61,334 bases of DNA from Promethearchaeota archaeon (GCA_014728035.1 WJMJ01000045.1:1-61334), one strand, 5' to 3'. Positions 46,743 through 58,260 are shown, numbered from the stretch's first letter. The notes: generated from the letters alone by a model not told the origin. A program made the numbers and translations.

Positions 46743-48628
46743 CAAAGATTGTAGGTATAGATTTAGGTACAACAAATAGTGGAATTGCATATATGGAAGG
46801 CGGGAAACCCACCATGATACCAAATGCTGAAGGCAAGAGACTTACTCCTTCGGTAGTTGGAATCACCCCCAAGGGTGAGATTGTTGTTGGTGAACTTGCA
46901 AAACGTCAAGCTGTTTCCATGCCAGAGCGTACAGTACGTTCAATCAAGAGAAAAATGGGACAAGATTATGCAGTAGAAATTGGTGACAAAAAATACACAC
47001 CTCAAGAAATCTCTGCAATGATTCTTACCAAACTCAAGAGAGATGCAGAGGCATACTTGGGTGAAGAAGTACAGAAAGCTGTAATTACCGTTCCAGCTTA
47101 TTTCAATGATAGTCAGCGACAAGCTACCAAGGATGCAGGAAAAATAGCAGGTCTCGAAGTTATGAGAATCATTAATGAGCCAACTGCTTCAACACTAGCT
47201 TATGGTCTCAATAAAGGTGAAGAGCTGAAGGTATTGGTCTACGATCTTGGTGGTGGAACTTTTGATGTGTCTATCCTTGAGATTGGCGAAGGTGTGTACA
47301 AGGTTTTATCCACAAGTGGTAATACTCAGCTTGGTGGAGATGACTGGGATAAGCGAATTATTGATTGGGTTCTTGATTCATTCAAAGAAGAAACTGGTAT
47401 TGACCTCTCAACTGACCTCGCTGCTGTTCAACGTATTCGAGACGCTTCAGAACAGGCAAAGATTGAACTCTCCACAGTTATGAAGACAACAATCAACTTA
47501 CCATATATTACTGCTGATGATTCTGGTCCAAAACACATTGACATAGAACTGACACGTTCCAAATTCGAGCAGATGACCGAGGATTTGGTTCAAGCAACAA
47601 TGGGTCCGATTCGCCAAGCGTTATCTGATGCAAAACTTGAGCCGGAAGGAATAGACAAGATTCTATTGGTTGGTGGAGCTACCAGAATGCCCATGATTCA
47701 AAACATCATCAGAGCGATGTTTGGAAAAGAGGGTGAGAAAAGCATTAATCCTGATGAATGTGTTGCTCTCGGAGCAGCTGCTCAAGCAGGTGTTCTATCG
47801 GGAGAGGTAAAAGATATTCTTCTACTCGATGTAACATCACTCACACTTAGTATAGAAACATTAGGTGGAATAGCAACCCCACTTATTGAACGAAACACCA
47901 CAATTCCTACTAAGAAAAGTAAGATTTTCTCAACTGCTGCTGATGGACAGACCGCTGTAGATATCCATGTTGTCCAAGGTGAGAGAAAGATGGCAAAGGA
48001 CAATATGACTCTCGGACGTTTCCAGTTGGTCGGCATACCTCCTGCACCACGTGGAACACCACAAATCGAGGTAACATTTGATATTGATGCGAATGGAATT
48101 GTTAAGGTTTCAGCAAAAGACAAAGCAACCGGAAATGAACAATCTATGACTATCACAGCTTCAACAAATCTTACAGATGATGAAGTTGAGCGAATGGTCA
48201 AAGAAGCCGAGGTGTATGCAGAAGAAGACGCTAAACGACAATCTCAGATTGAAGCAATAAACGCTGCTGATCAGATGATTTGGCAGGGTGAAAAGATGCT
48301 CAAGGAAATGAGTGATAAGATTCCTGATGATTTGAAGCAAGAGTTTGAGACCAAGTCAAAAGAACTTCGTGGTGCTATAGATGCTGAAGATTATGAAAAG
48401 GTTAAGAGTGGCACTGAAGAGCTTCAACAGGTTATCTTTAAAATCTCCGAGAAAGTCTACGGTTCACAAGGCCCAGGTGCTGGAGCTGCAGGATTTGACC
48501 CGTCACAAATGGGATTCGACCCCGGTCAGATGGGAGGTGCTGCAGGATCTGGAGGGCCAACTGGTACTAAGACTGAAGAACCAGACGATGAAGATGTCGT
48601 AGATGTTGACTTTGAGGATTTGGAATAA
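46739..48628 (+). CDS. dnaK: Chaperone DnaK (archaeal/Gram-positive type lacking the ~24-aa insert)
   Basis: [37 protein letters not shown] and GIPPAPRG. Confidence 0.99.
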   Translation: MTKIVGIDLGTTNSGIAYMEGGKPTMIPNAEGKRLTPSVVGITPKGEIVVGELAKRQAVSMPERTVRSIKRKMGQDYAVEIGDKKYTPQEISAMILTKLKRDAEAYLGEEVQKAVITVPAYFNDSQRQATKDAGKIAGLEVMRIINEPTASTLAYGLNKGEELKVLVYDLGGGTFDVSILEIGEGVYKVLSTSGNTQLGGDDWDKRIIDWVLDSFKEETGIDLSTDLAAVQRIRDASEQAKIELSTVMKTTINLPYITADDSGPKHIDIELTRSKFEQMTEDLVQATMGPIRQALSDAKLEPEGIDKILLVGGATRMPMIQNIIRAMFGKEGEKSINPDECVALGAAAQAGVLSGEVKDILLLDVTSLTLSIETLGGIATPLIERNTTIPTKKSKIFSTAADGQTAVDIHVVQGERKMAKDNMTLGRFQLVGIPPAPRGTPQIEVTFDIDANGIVKVSAKDKATGNEQSMTITASTNLTDDEVERMVKEAEVYAEEDAKRQSQIEAINAADQMIWQGEKMLKEMSDKIPDDLKQEFETKSKELRGAIDAEDYEKVKSGTEELQQVIFKISEKVYGSQGPGAGAAGFDPSQMGFDPGQMGGAAGSGGPTGTKTEEPDDEDVVDVDFEDLE

Positions 48629-48666
48629 TACCAGGTACGGATAGGCGTGTTGCAGGGTGAAGTACG

Positions 48667-49707
48667 ATGGCTGAAGATGATTACTATGACATTCTTGGTG
48701 TGGAACGAACTGCTACACCAGAACAAATCAAGAGAGCATACCGCAAGCTTGCAAAGAAGCTTCACCCTGATCTAAATCCTGGTGACCAATCTGCTGAAGA
48801 CCAATTCAAGAGGGTCAATGAAGCCTACGAAGTGTTAAGTGACCCTGAGAAGAGAGCAAATTACGATAGATATGGAACTGCTGACTTTGAAGGGGTTGAT
48901 ATGGGCGGATTTGGGGACATCTTTAGTGAGATATTCCGTAGTTTTGGTGGAGGTTTTGGTAGACGAGGTCGCCGAGCTGGTCCACCTCCCGGTGAAAATC
49001 TTCGTGTACGAATTGACCTAACTTTCGAAGAAGCATTCTTTGGAACTGAGAAAGAAATTGCATTTCGTAGAAAAGTACAATGTGAAACATGCAAGGGTTC
49101 TGGTGCAAAACCGGGTACTTCTCCTGTAACATGTCGTACATGTGGTGGTCGTGGACAAGTACGCAGATCTATGGGTGGATTTATGACTGTGAGTCAGACT
49201 TGTCCTTCGTGTCGCGGTGCTGGAATCTCTATCGAATCACCCTGTCCTGATTGTAGGGGTATTGGACTTCAAGAGGACCGAGTTGAAATTAAAATCCCAG
49301 TTCCAGCTGGTGTTGAGGATGAGATGTATCAACGAGTTACTGGTGGAGGAAATGCTGGTGCTAGGGGTGGACCAAGTGGTGACCTGATTATTGTATTTAG
49401 AGTTGAAGCACACGATGATTTTGTTAGGCGAGGTCTCCATGTATTCTCTGAAATTGATATTCCATATCATATCGCAGTTCTTGGTGGTGAGGTTGAGGTA
49501 CCAACCATGTATGGCACTTCCAAAATGTCTATTCCGAGAGCAACTCATGGTGGAACTCAATTTCGTATGAAGGGAAAGGGAGTCCATGCAGAGAATGGAC
49601 GAAAAGGGGACCAATTTGTCAGGGTTCATATTGGCATTCCTCATAAGATCTCCAAAGAGCAGAAAAAATATCTGGAGCAATTTGAGGATATTTTTGGTCA
49701 AAACTGA
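48667..49707 (+). CDS. dnaJ: Chaperone DnaJ
   Basis: J-domain HPD, G/F region and four CxxCxGxG repeats. Confidence 0.98.
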   Translation: MAEDDYYDILGVERTATPEQIKRAYRKLAKKLHPDLNPGDQSAEDQFKRVNEAYEVLSDPEKRANYDRYGTADFEGVDMGGFGDIFSEIFRSFGGGFGRRGRRAGPPPGENLRVRIDLTFEEAFFGTEKEIAFRRKVQCETCKGSGAKPGTSPVTCRTCGGRGQVRRSMGGFMTVSQTCPSCRGAGISIESPCPDCRGIGLQEDRVEIKIPVPAGVEDEMYQRVTGGGNAGARGGPSGDLIIVFRVEAHDDFVRRGLHVFSEIDIPYHIAVLGGEVEVPTMYGTSKMSIPRATHGGTQFRMKGKGVHAENGRKGDQFVRVHIGIPHKISKEQKKYLEQFEDIFGQN

Positions 49708-50267
49708 AGAGGTTTGCATATACAAGCTTTCATTCTAAGTTTAGGCCAACTACTTGTGTAAGCTGGTTGTATAATCCACGCAGTATCTGCTCCACGTCCA
49801 GTACCTCCTACACAAATAACATCTTCATCAATATTCACGAGACCTGCATCTGCACTCATCATAGCTATTTCCATGCACACTTTGGTTCCTTGTCCAAACG
49901 TTCGTAACAGTACGGCAAGTATCTCTGTAGTATCCCATGTACCTAATTCTTTTCTAATTCCTCGTGGTACTCCCGCGAGAGCATGAGTTGTGGTTAGTAT
50001 TCTTGCACCATTTTCAAGAATTATTTGTTTGCATTCCTTCTGCAATTCATTTTCATTCGGTTTTGCAAAACCTTGTTGATGAGTTACTACGATTACTTCG
50101 TGGTCCGGAAATGCTTCGCTGAAGATAGTTCCTGTTCTTCCAGTAGTTGTAGCCACAACTATCTTGGTAACCTGAGAATTCTCCTTTAAAAAATCCAATA
50201 GTAATTCTTTCACTGAATCAGTATGTTCTCTTGAGGCTTTTTTGAAGTAGGTTGTTCGAATTTGCAT
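49698..50267 (-). CDS. Pyruvate-kinase C-terminal-like domain protein
   Basis: IVVATTTGRT, VVTHQQGF, FGQGTKVCMEIAMMSADAG and GGTGRGADTA. Confidence 0.8.
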   Translation of the reverse strand: MQIRTTYFKKASREHTDSVKELLLDFLKENSQVTKIVVATTTGRTGTIFSEAFPDHEVIVVTHQQGFAKPNENELQKECKQIILENGARILTTTHALAGVPRGIRKELGTWDTTEILAVLLRTFGQGTKVCMEIAMMSADAGLVNIDEDVICVGGTGRGADTAWIIQPAYTSSWPKLRMKACICKPLQF

Positions 50268-50304
50268 AATATCCTATATCTGACCACATACTTAGGTCTT
50301 TTGA

Positions 50305-50763
50305 TTATCTTGATACTCTTCTCTCTTCAGTTAACCATCCTCTAACAATGAATTCAAGGACAACAAAGAAAGACATGACAATAGCTGCAAAGAAGAAATC
50401 GATATTTCCATCTGTTAAATGATGTAGAATATATGACGCAAGGAGAATCACAACTGCACTAATCGTTATTCTTGCTGCAATGTAACCCACGGATTTCCTT
50501 TCCGCTATGGGAGATTCTTCTTTAGCTCTTTCTTTTTTATATTCCTCTGCAATCTCCTTAGGACTTCCTAGATCCTGCAATACAGTAGATATGATTATCC
50601 TCTTGTCTTTTGTTGGCATTTGAGATAGCTTATCATTGTACGATTCAACTATATGAGCTCTCAAATCTTCTAGTAAATCAATTGTTTCAAAATTTCCAGG
50701 TAGAAGTTTCTCTACTGATTGGATATACTCATCAATTTCTTTTCCTACTTCTTCATCACTCAC
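50305..50763 (-). CDS. HAAS-domain membrane protein (PadR partner)
   Basis: EYIQSVEKLLP..LLEDLRAHI..LGSPKEIAEEY, then two TMs. Confidence 0.8.
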   Translation of the reverse strand: MSDEEVGKEIDEYIQSVEKLLPGNFETIDLLEDLRAHIVESYNDKLSQMPTKDKRIIISTVLQDLGSPKEIAEEYKKERAKEESPIAERKSVGYIAARITISAVVILLASYILHHLTDGNIDFFFAAIVMSFFVVLEFIVRGWLTEERRVSR

Positions 50764-51109
50764 TTTTTAGTGCCTCCAATTTATTGAATATGTTACCCAG
50801 AATCACAGATAATTCTCGCAAAACTCTGTCACCTTCTCCAGTCAAAACATATACTTTTCTTCTTGGACCAGCATCTGATTTTTCTGTATATTGATTCAAT
50901 AATCTCTCTTTTCTTAGTCTGTGAAGAATTGGATATAGAGTTCCTTCTTTAACCTCAAGCAATCCGTCTGTTCGTTCATCCAATTCACGTGCTATTCCAT
51001 ATCCATGAATACCTTTTTCATGAAGACGTACTATTGCAAGGACTGCATATTGTAGTAAACCTCGACGGATTTCGACCTTCCACGTATCTTCGAAACTAGG
51101 TTTTGTCAC
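50756..51109 (-). CDS. PadR-family transcriptional regulator
   Basis: RRGLLQYAVL, HGYGI, EGTLYPILHRL and PRRKVYVLTGEG. Start taken as GTG 51109; the track start at 51205 overlaps the MFS gene. Confidence 0.9.
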   Translation of the reverse strand: MTKPSFEDTWKVEIRRGLLQYAVLAIVRLHEKGIHGYGIARELDERTDGLLEVKEGTLYPILHRLRKERLLNQYTEKSDAGPRRKVYVLTGEGDRVLRELSVILGNIFNKLEALKSE

Positions 51110-51161
51110 TTCACAGGCCTCTACTTTTGATAATAATATCTTATCCTTAAGTTTGACTATT

Positions 51162-52517
51162 CTATACCGTTTCAGTATCCAATCTTCTTCTATATAGAAA
51201 AGCACGAACCTCCGTACGGATATCCGAGCTGTACTCTCTTGGCTCTTTGATTATCCAATAGAACAGAGAACCAATTATGCGTAGAATAGAACTAGCTAGA
51301 AGCATGGCAAAAACTGCCATATACTCCCCTATGATGGGAGTCAATGCTTCTCCAACCAGACCCGCAATAAGAGAGCCTCCTAGAAATATTATCCCTGTGA
51401 AGGTGTTAAAAACAGCCAAATGTGAACTTCTCTCTTCTTCTGGAGATATATCGTAAATGTACGCAATTATTGTATTGAAACTAGCTCCAACACATAATCC
51501 TGCAATGGCATTTGCAATATAGATGATGATGACTGAATCTGCAAAAGCATACATTAAAGGAACTAAGAATAATGTTCCTCTTCCAATCATGATTAACTGT
51601 TTACGACCGATCTTATCGCTAAATTTTCCAAATGGTACACTAGATATCATAATGCACGCTGACATTATCACAGAGGCTATAGCAATCTCCAGTATTGTGT
51701 TCTCCAACCAAACTCTCTGAACTACGGTAAAATATGGCCATGCCATAGCCATTGCGAATGAATAGAATACTGAAATGAAACAGAATTTTCTGAACATCCC
51801 AGGATGGGAAAGCAATTTCAGGATTGGAGGAAATTCTCTTTTTTCCTTTATATCAGGTTCCTTCTCATTGATTCTTAATGAGAGAATCGATGCAATTATT
51901 CCAAGAATAGCTGTAAGGAGAAATGGGAGATAGTAGGCTTCTCTCCATGCTTCGGCTGTTGGAAAAATGATGTTGCCATAGATTCCAAATACAGTTCGTA
52001 GATGCGGAAGAATTGCTGGCATAACAGCTAAGAAGCCTGTAATTGTTGTAGCTGCAACGGATGCAGCATTTGTAGCTAAAGCAAGCCTTCCTAGCTCTTT
52101 TCCTCTGTTTGATTCATCCATTAATTCACTTAGCAATGCCTGCCATGTAGGTATCTGTATGCTAAGCAAGATTGATTGTATTCCATATAGTAGTATCATC
52201 TCTAGTGGAGTTGCAGCAAAAAAGAATAAGAAAACCATCATAAATCCAGTAACTGTTCCAAATGCAACAAACGGTTTCCGTTTTCCATACTTATCAGATA
52301 TCGCACCCCAAGCTGGTTGCAATATGGTTGGAGCAACATTTCCTACACTTCTGAATGCTCCTAGTTCTGCATAATTTGCCCCCATGTCAACTAAGTATGT
52401 ATTCAGAAATGGACTATGGAGGCCGATAGCAAATTGACTTAGAGAACCTACTAAATATGCAATTCCTGGGAGTGTCTTTTCGCTCTTAGTAGATTCCATT
52501 GGCTCCATTATTCTCAA
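51162..52517 (-). CDS. MFS transporter
   Basis: WGAISDKYGKRK and FGKFSDKIGRK motif A. About 12 TMs. Confidence 0.9.
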   Translation of the reverse strand: MRIMEPMESTKSEKTLPGIAYLVGSLSQFAIGLHSPFLNTYLVDMGANYAELGAFRSVGNVAPTILQPAWGAISDKYGKRKPFVAFGTVTGFMMVFLFFFAATPLEMILLYGIQSILLSIQIPTWQALLSELMDESNRGKELGRLALATNAASVAATTITGFLAVMPAILPHLRTVFGIYGNIIFPTAEAWREAYYLPFLLTAILGIIASILSLRINEKEPDIKEKREFPPILKLLSHPGMFRKFCFISVFYSFAMAMAWPYFTVVQRVWLENTILEIAIASVIMSACIMISSVPFGKFSDKIGRKQLIMIGRGTLFLVPLMYAFADSVIIIYIANAIAGLCVGASFNTIIAYIYDISPEEERSSHLAVFNTFTGIIFLGGSLIAGLVGEALTPIIGEYMAVFAMLLASSILRIIGSLFYWIIKEPREYSSDIRTEVRAFLYRRRLDTETV

Positions 52518-52645
52518 TGGGCGAAACTTTCAGCTACTCTTAACTCTAGTTGCAAAGGCAGGAATTTCTTTAATCAACACTTTTATTGGCTACATTGTCT
52601 TGAAAAATAGTATCCCATTTCAACACTTGTTGCGAGAGCGTTGCA

Positions 52646-53755
52646 ATGCTCGAGAATACTATCTACAAAAAACGAATTGAACGAGTTCTTGAATATTTGG
52701 TAGAAAAGGACTGCAATTTTGCCCTAATTACTCCTTCTCCAACATTTCAATATCTTACTGGAATCCAAAGAGAGATGCGAGAGAGACTAATTGCATTAGT
52801 CCTCCAACCTGAAGCATCACCAAGAATCATCGCACCGGCTTTTGAAGTTACTAATTTGAGTAATGAATCATGGATCAAAGAATTCATTCCATGGGCTGAA
52901 GATGAAGACCCATACACTGTTCTTGCAGAATCAATAGATACCACAAAGGAGCTTGTTCCTGGATTTGATAATTCATTACCAATGGGTATCTACTGGTCAC
53001 TTGAGAAAGCATTAGGTCCGTTTTCGAGTGCATTTTCAATCTCTCCCTTCGTGAACGAAATGCGTATTGTAAAATCTGAGGAAGAACTTGATTTAATGCG
53101 AAAAGCAGGACGGATAATTGCAGATGCTGTAATGAAAGCTTTTAGTTTTGCCAAGCTCGGAATGACTGAAATCGAACTAAAACATATAGTTACCAATGAG
53201 ATTACACAAGCTGGAGCAACTCCAACTTTTGCTGCTGTTCAATTTGGTGAAAATAGTGCATTACCTCATCATGAAGGTGGTATCCGTGAGTTACGTCGAA
53301 ATGATGTGGTTCTAATGGATTGTGGCTGTGCTGTTGGTGGATATAATACTGATATGACCCGAGTTGGTGTTGTAGGTGAACCTACTGATGAACTTGAAAC
53401 AGTCTATGCTACAGTATTAAACGCTGAAGAAACAGCTATAGACCGTATTCAAGATGGTCTAGCGTGTGGTAAAGCTGATGGTATCGCCAGAAAAATCATA
53501 GAAGAAGCAAACTATGGTGACTATTTTACTCATAGGCTTGGTCATGGTATAGGCCTTGAAGTGCATGAACCACCTTATCTAGTTCGAGGAAACGCGATGC
53601 AATTGAAAACCGGAATGACACATAGTGTTGAACCAGGCATTTATCTTCTTGATAAATTTGGTATCCGTATTGAAGACTTGGTCTGTGTTAAAGAAGATGA
53701 AGCAGAAGTACTAACATATGCTCCAAAGGATCTGTTTGTAATCGAAGTTGAGTGA
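52646..53755 (+). CDS. pepQ: Xaa-Pro peptidase (M24B)
   Basis: RIVKSEEE, SALPHH, MDCG, YNTDMTR, HRLGHGIGLEVHE, VEPGIY and GIRIED. Confidence 0.9.
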   Translation: MLENTIYKKRIERVLEYLVEKDCNFALITPSPTFQYLTGIQREMRERLIALVLQPEASPRIIAPAFEVTNLSNESWIKEFIPWAEDEDPYTVLAESIDTTKELVPGFDNSLPMGIYWSLEKALGPFSSAFSISPFVNEMRIVKSEEELDLMRKAGRIIADAVMKAFSFAKLGMTEIELKHIVTNEITQAGATPTFAAVQFGENSALPHHEGGIRELRRNDVVLMDCGCAVGGYNTDMTRVGVVGEPTDELETVYATVLNAEETAIDRIQDGLACGKADGIARKIIEEANYGDYFTHRLGHGIGLEVHEPPYLVRGNAMQLKTGMTHSVEPGIYLLDKFGIRIEDLVCVKEDEAEVLTYAPKDLFVIEVE

Positions 53756-53779
53756 TAAAGGATAGTTCCTATTTGTTAG

Positions 53780-54400
53780 CTATTCTGTTTCCTCTTCCTC
53801 AGGTTCGTCTTGTTTCTGTTTCTGCATCATCTCTTCCAGTTTTTCCAAATCTTCAGGAGACATGTTCTTCATTGCTTCCTGTGACTGCTTAATCATCTGA
53901 GCCATAATCATTCCATAGATTGCAGGTAGAGCCATTTGTGTTTCTACTCGCTCCTCATATTCTTCTTCAGCTAATTCCTTTGCTTCTTTCAATGCTTCCT
54001 TAGTTACATCCCCTTCGCCAATACCAGGACACTGCTTATTTGACACATAGAATTTTTCTCCATTATATTGAAGTGGAAATGTTCTGCATGATATCGGACG
54101 GATATATCTTATTGTACAATTATTGGATTCCTCGTGATATAGTGCACATGCGGTCTTTTCAGGGTCTGATTCAAGTGGTTTTCTTACAGTCACCATTCTT
54201 ATGATTTCACCCTCCCCCTGTGGAACTTTTAGCTCCAAAGCTCCCATGATATGCTGGAGGACATTTGCAACAGTCCAACGAGAGAGATCTCCGGTAGTGA
54301 CATTAACCTCAGGTCTCGTACAACATACTCTGTTGGAGCATTCGGTTTCAAAACATTTGAAATTGTATTTCTTTTTGTCAGTCATAATATCTCTCACCAT
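53780..54400 (-). CDS. YkgJ/CxxCxxCC-family Fe-S/Zn cluster protein
   Basis: FKC..ECSNRVCC, CALY, CTIRYIRPISCRTFP and CPGIG. Confidence 0.8.
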   Translation of the reverse strand: MVRDIMTDKKKYNFKCFETECSNRVCCTRPEVNVTTGDLSRWTVANVLQHIMGALELKVPQGEGEIIRMVTVRKPLESDPEKTACALYHEESNNCTIRYIRPISCRTFPLQYNGEKFYVSNKQCPGIGEGDVTKEALKEAKELAEEEYEERVETQMALPAIYGMIMAQMIKQSQEAMKNMSPEDLEKLEEMMQKQKQDEPEEEETE

Positions 54401-54549
54401 GCATTTCTATTTTAGCTCTTTTCTCTTAATCGCTATAATGCTTTCGACGTGTATTTCAAAGGACTACCTACGCCGACAGATTTATGACTGTAGATATATG
54501 GCGAATTACTACGACTTAAGTAACGGTCGTACATTTTGGAGTCCACAAA

Positions 54550-57336
54550 ATGGGTAATAACTGGTACAGTAATGACACTGACTACGTTTTAGAGCAACTA
54601 GATACTTCTCTTGACGGGCTCACATCCGAAGAGGCTGAAGCGAGACTAGAGAAGTATGGATATAACGAACTCGTAGAGACGGGAAAAATAAGCCCTCTCA
54701 AAATGTTCCTGCATCAGTTCACCGATCCAATGGTTATCATCCTTCTAATTGCCATTGTAATCTCAGTATTTACCTCTGTGCTTTCTCACGGTGGTGGAGA
54801 AGAACATGGCTTTATCGATGCCATTGTTATATCTGCTATTGTGATTTTTAATGCTATTTTTGGATTTGTACAAGAATATCGTTCTGAACAAGCCCTTGAA
54901 GCATTAAAGTCGATGGCGGCTCCCAAGGCTAGAGTAAAACGAGATGGGCTCTGGAAGGAGATAGAGTCGCGTTATGTAGTTCCTGGAGACCTCATGGGAT
55001 TTGAAGCTGGTGATAAAGTTCCTGCTGATGGTCGTGTTATCTATGCAGTAGGTCTAGGTTCTGACGAGGCTGCTCTGACAGGAGAATCAGTTGCCGTAAG
55101 AAAAGTTGAAGAGCCAATTCATCTGGATGGTCCTTCAGTTGGCGATATGAAGAATATGGTTTTCCAAGGTACAGTTGTGGTGTCTGGAAAGGGAAATGCT
55201 ATTGCTACTGAAACTGGCATGTCCACTAAATTTGGACAGATAGCCGATATGGTACAGCAAAGCAAGAAGGATATGACACCATTACAGCATGACCTTGAAG
55301 ATCTTGGTAAGAAATTGGGTGTTCTTGTTATTGCTCTCTGTATAATTGTATTTGCAGCAGAGCTACTCAAAGACATCAGTGATTCGCCGATGGAAATGTT
55401 ATTAGCTGCAATTGCACTAGCAGTATCAGCCATTCCTGAAGGTCTACCTGCAGTTGTCACCATTACACTTGCAATAGGTGTTCAACAGATGGTTGCACGG
55501 AATGCGATTGTTAGAAGATTGCCAAGTGTTGAAACTCTTGGTTCGACTACAGTAATTTGTAGTGATAAGACTGGCACAATAACAAAATCCGAGATGACTG
55601 TTCAGTCAATGTTTGTCAATGGCATGACACTTTCAGTAACCGGTGTTGGATATAATAAAGATGGTGAGTTCTTCAGAGCCAGCAAGAAATTCGACATTAA
55701 GGAAGACGAACATGCTACACTACTCTTGAAGATTGGTCAACTATGTAGTAATTCCCTACTACAAGAAGACCCAACTGGAGCAGCTGATTGGATGATTGTC
55801 GGAGATCCTACTGAAGGTTCCTTACTGGTCGCAGCTGAAAAAGCGGGCTTGACTTATGATGCTACTTGGAGTGAATACAAAGAGATATCCGAAATATCAT
55901 TTGATTCCGCAAGAAAGAGAATGACTTCGATTTGCCGCAGCGACAAAGGAGAGCTTTTTGCTTTCTCCAAAGGTGCACCTGAAATTTTGCTACCTCTCTG
56001 TAATTCGATTTACGAGAATGGTCGAGTAAGACCTCTTCGTGAAGGAGAACGAGAGAACATTATAGGGATTAATGCAGGTTTTGCTGAAAATGCTTTGAGA
56101 GTTTTGGCTTTTGCATATCGTCCAATTGAAAAGGAGTTGCCAGAATATGAGCCGGAAACAGTAGAGCGTGATCTAATATTTGTAGGTCTAATTGGTATGA
56201 TTGATCCTCCACGTGATGAAGTTCTTGGAGCTATCAAGAAGTGTAAAGACGCTGGAATCAGGCCGATAATGATCACAGGGGACCATGAACTAACCGCTCG
56301 AGCGATATCCGTTGATGTAGGTCTTATTGAGCGTGGTGGCAAGGTTACCACTGGAGCTATGATTGACAAAATGGATGAGGCGACCTTTATCGAGACGATA
56401 CAAGAATGTGATGTGTATGCAAGGGTAGCCCCACGTCATAAATTGCAAATTGTGAATGCCCTCAAAGATATGGGTGAGGTTGTAGCAATGACTGGTGACG
56501 GTGTGAATGATGCACCTGCCATCAAGACTGCAAATGTTGGAATCTCTATGGGTATTAGAGGAGCAGATGTGACAAAGGAAGCATCGGATGTTATCCTGAC
56601 TGATGATAACTTTGCTACAATCGTCGATGCAGTAGAGAAAGGCAGGGAAATATACTCGAACATCAGGAAGTTCGTCAGATTTCTCTTATCTGCCAACTTC
56701 GATGAAATTTTCCTCATTTTCACAATTATTATGATTGGGTTACCATTGCCAATAACAGCAATTCAGATCTTATGGTTGAATCTTGCAACAGATGGTTTTC
56801 CTGCTTTAGCTTTAGGTGTTGACCCACCTGAAGAAGGAGTTATGACAAGACCACCTAGAGAGCCAGGCAAGAAAATGATGGACAGAGGGATGATATCTTT
56901 TGTAGTAGTTGCAGGATTTATTGCATTCCTTTCTTCTGCATTTGTCTTCCTTTGGAGTCTTAATACATACGGTGGATGGATTCCTGGTTTAACTGGACCA
57001 ACAGTCGACTGGAATTCAGCCCCATGGGAATCTGTATTAGATCATGCAAGAACTGCTGCATTTGCAGGAGTGGTCAGCTTTGAACTGTTATTTGTATGGA
57101 ATTGTCGTGATGAGTATCATCCTGTCTGGAAGACTCACATAACACAGTCTCGTGCATTAATTGGTGCTGTTATGCTTTCAGTAATTCTTACTTTAGCAAC
57201 AATATATGTACCATTTATGCAGCCACTATTTCAAACAATGCCTCTGAATCTGATTGATTGGGTGATCATCATTGCGACATGCCTTCCAGCCCTGTTCATT
57301 CCCCCACATATCATATTCGGGCACAATAAAGAGTAA
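54550..57336 (+). CDS. P2A-type cation (Ca2+-type) P-type ATPase
   Basis: LTGES, IPEGLP, CSDKTGT, KGAPE, DPPR, MITGD, TGDGVNDAPA and QILWLNLATDGFPA. Confidence 0.96.
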   Translation: MGNNWYSNDTDYVLEQLDTSLDGLTSEEAEARLEKYGYNELVETGKISPLKMFLHQFTDPMVIILLIAIVISVFTSVLSHGGGEEHGFIDAIVISAIVIFNAIFGFVQEYRSEQALEALKSMAAPKARVKRDGLWKEIESRYVVPGDLMGFEAGDKVPADGRVIYAVGLGSDEAALTGESVAVRKVEEPIHLDGPSVGDMKNMVFQGTVVVSGKGNAIATETGMSTKFGQIADMVQQSKKDMTPLQHDLEDLGKKLGVLVIALCIIVFAAELLKDISDSPMEMLLAAIALAVSAIPEGLPAVVTITLAIGVQQMVARNAIVRRLPSVETLGSTTVICSDKTGTITKSEMTVQSMFVNGMTLSVTGVGYNKDGEFFRASKKFDIKEDEHATLLLKIGQLCSNSLLQEDPTGAADWMIVGDPTEGSLLVAAEKAGLTYDATWSEYKEISEISFDSARKRMTSICRSDKGELFAFSKGAPEILLPLCNSIYENGRVRPLREGERENIIGINAGFAENALRVLAFAYRPIEKELPEYEPETVERDLIFVGLIGMIDPPRDEVLGAIKKCKDAGIRPIMITGDHELTARAISVDVGLIERGGKVTTGAMIDKMDEATFIETIQECDVYARVAPRHKLQIVNALKDMGEVVAMTGDGVNDAPAIKTANVGISMGIRGADVTKEASDVILTDDNFATIVDAVEKGREIYSNIRKFVRFLLSANFDEIFLIFTIIMIGLPLPITAIQILWLNLATDGFPALALGVDPPEEGVMTRPPREPGKKMMDRGMISFVVVAGFIAFLSSAFVFLWSLNTYGGWIPGLTGPTVDWNSAPWESVLDHARTAAFAGVVSFELLFVWNCRDEYHPVWKTHITQSRALIGAVMLSVILTLATIYVPFMQPLFQTMPLNLIDWVIIIATCLPALFIPPHIIFGHNKE

Positions 57337-57342
57337 AATCTA

Positions 57343-58185
57343 CTAGACGGGCAAACGTTTTTCGAGCCAAGCGTTCATGTCCGCTAGTACCTTTTCTTTT
57401 TCCACTTCTGCGTGTAATTCATGATACAATCCCTCATATTGTTTAAACGTCTTGTCTGGAGAGCCTAGTCTATCAAAGAAATCTTTTGTCTTTTCAGGGT
57501 CGACCAATTTATCGTCTCCAGCTTGTTGAATAAACACTGGTAGTGTTATCCTTTCAGCAGACTGAAATGCTTTATCCTTAGCTTTGAGTGCTGACATACC
57601 AAATCTCGCTGTTACTTGGTCGAACATAAGTGGGTCATTCTCGTGTGCTTTTACAACTTCAGAATCATGCGATGAGTATTTGTAATCTATTTCAGCATCA
57701 AAATACCTTTTTACATTTAATAATGATAAGAACCAACCAGCAATACGTGTTGCTTTGGAAATTGGCAATGTTTCAGAAACAGCTGGACATGAGAGTATCA
57801 TCCCATCCACCTCAATTGGATAATTATCAAGATATCTAAGAATATGAATTGCTCCAAGAGAATGACCAAACAAGAAAGTGAGACGATTAAGAAATCTATC
57901 TTTTGCCTGCATCACAATATTGTGCATGTCCTCAATATATTCCCCATAGTTCATTATATGACCTTTCAGTTCAGTATACCTACCAAAACCCCGCATATCC
58001 GGTGCAAACACTGCAAATCCTCTTTCTCCAAAATATTCTCCAATATTTTTCAGAGTATATCCATAACTTCCCAGACCATGGATCGCTATCAAAATTGCTC
58101 TAGGTCGTTCATTATCTGGCATCCATAAATTAGAATGCATCCGTAGTCCATCATATCCGATATATTGGATTTCTTCGAATTTCAT
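57343..58185 (-). CDS. Lysophospholipase/monoacylglycerol lipase (alpha/beta hydrolase)
   Basis: IHGLG, DMRGFG, GHSLG, DKLVD and GLYHELH. Confidence 0.9.
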   Translation of the reverse strand: MKFEEIQYIGYDGLRMHSNLWMPDNERPRAILIAIHGLGSYGYTLKNIGEYFGERGFAVFAPDMRGFGRYTELKGHIMNYGEYIEDMHNIVMQAKDRFLNRLTFLFGHSLGAIHILRYLDNYPIEVDGMILSCPAVSETLPISKATRIAGWFLSLLNVKRYFDAEIDYKYSSHDSEVVKAHENDPLMFDQVTARFGMSALKAKDKAFQSAERITLPVFIQQAGDDKLVDPEKTKDFFDRLGSPDKTFKQYEGLYHELHAEVEKEKVLADMNAWLEKRLPV

Positions 58186-58260
58186 ACTACTCCCATAACT
58201 CCTTTTCGTACCTAGACTTATATCTTAGTTGACGATTTTAGACACATTCTTGATTCAGAT

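Noticed and set aside
48490-48535. [14 protein letters not shown] repeat in the DnaK tail
   Set aside because: Ordinary low-complexity Hsp70 C-terminal tail.
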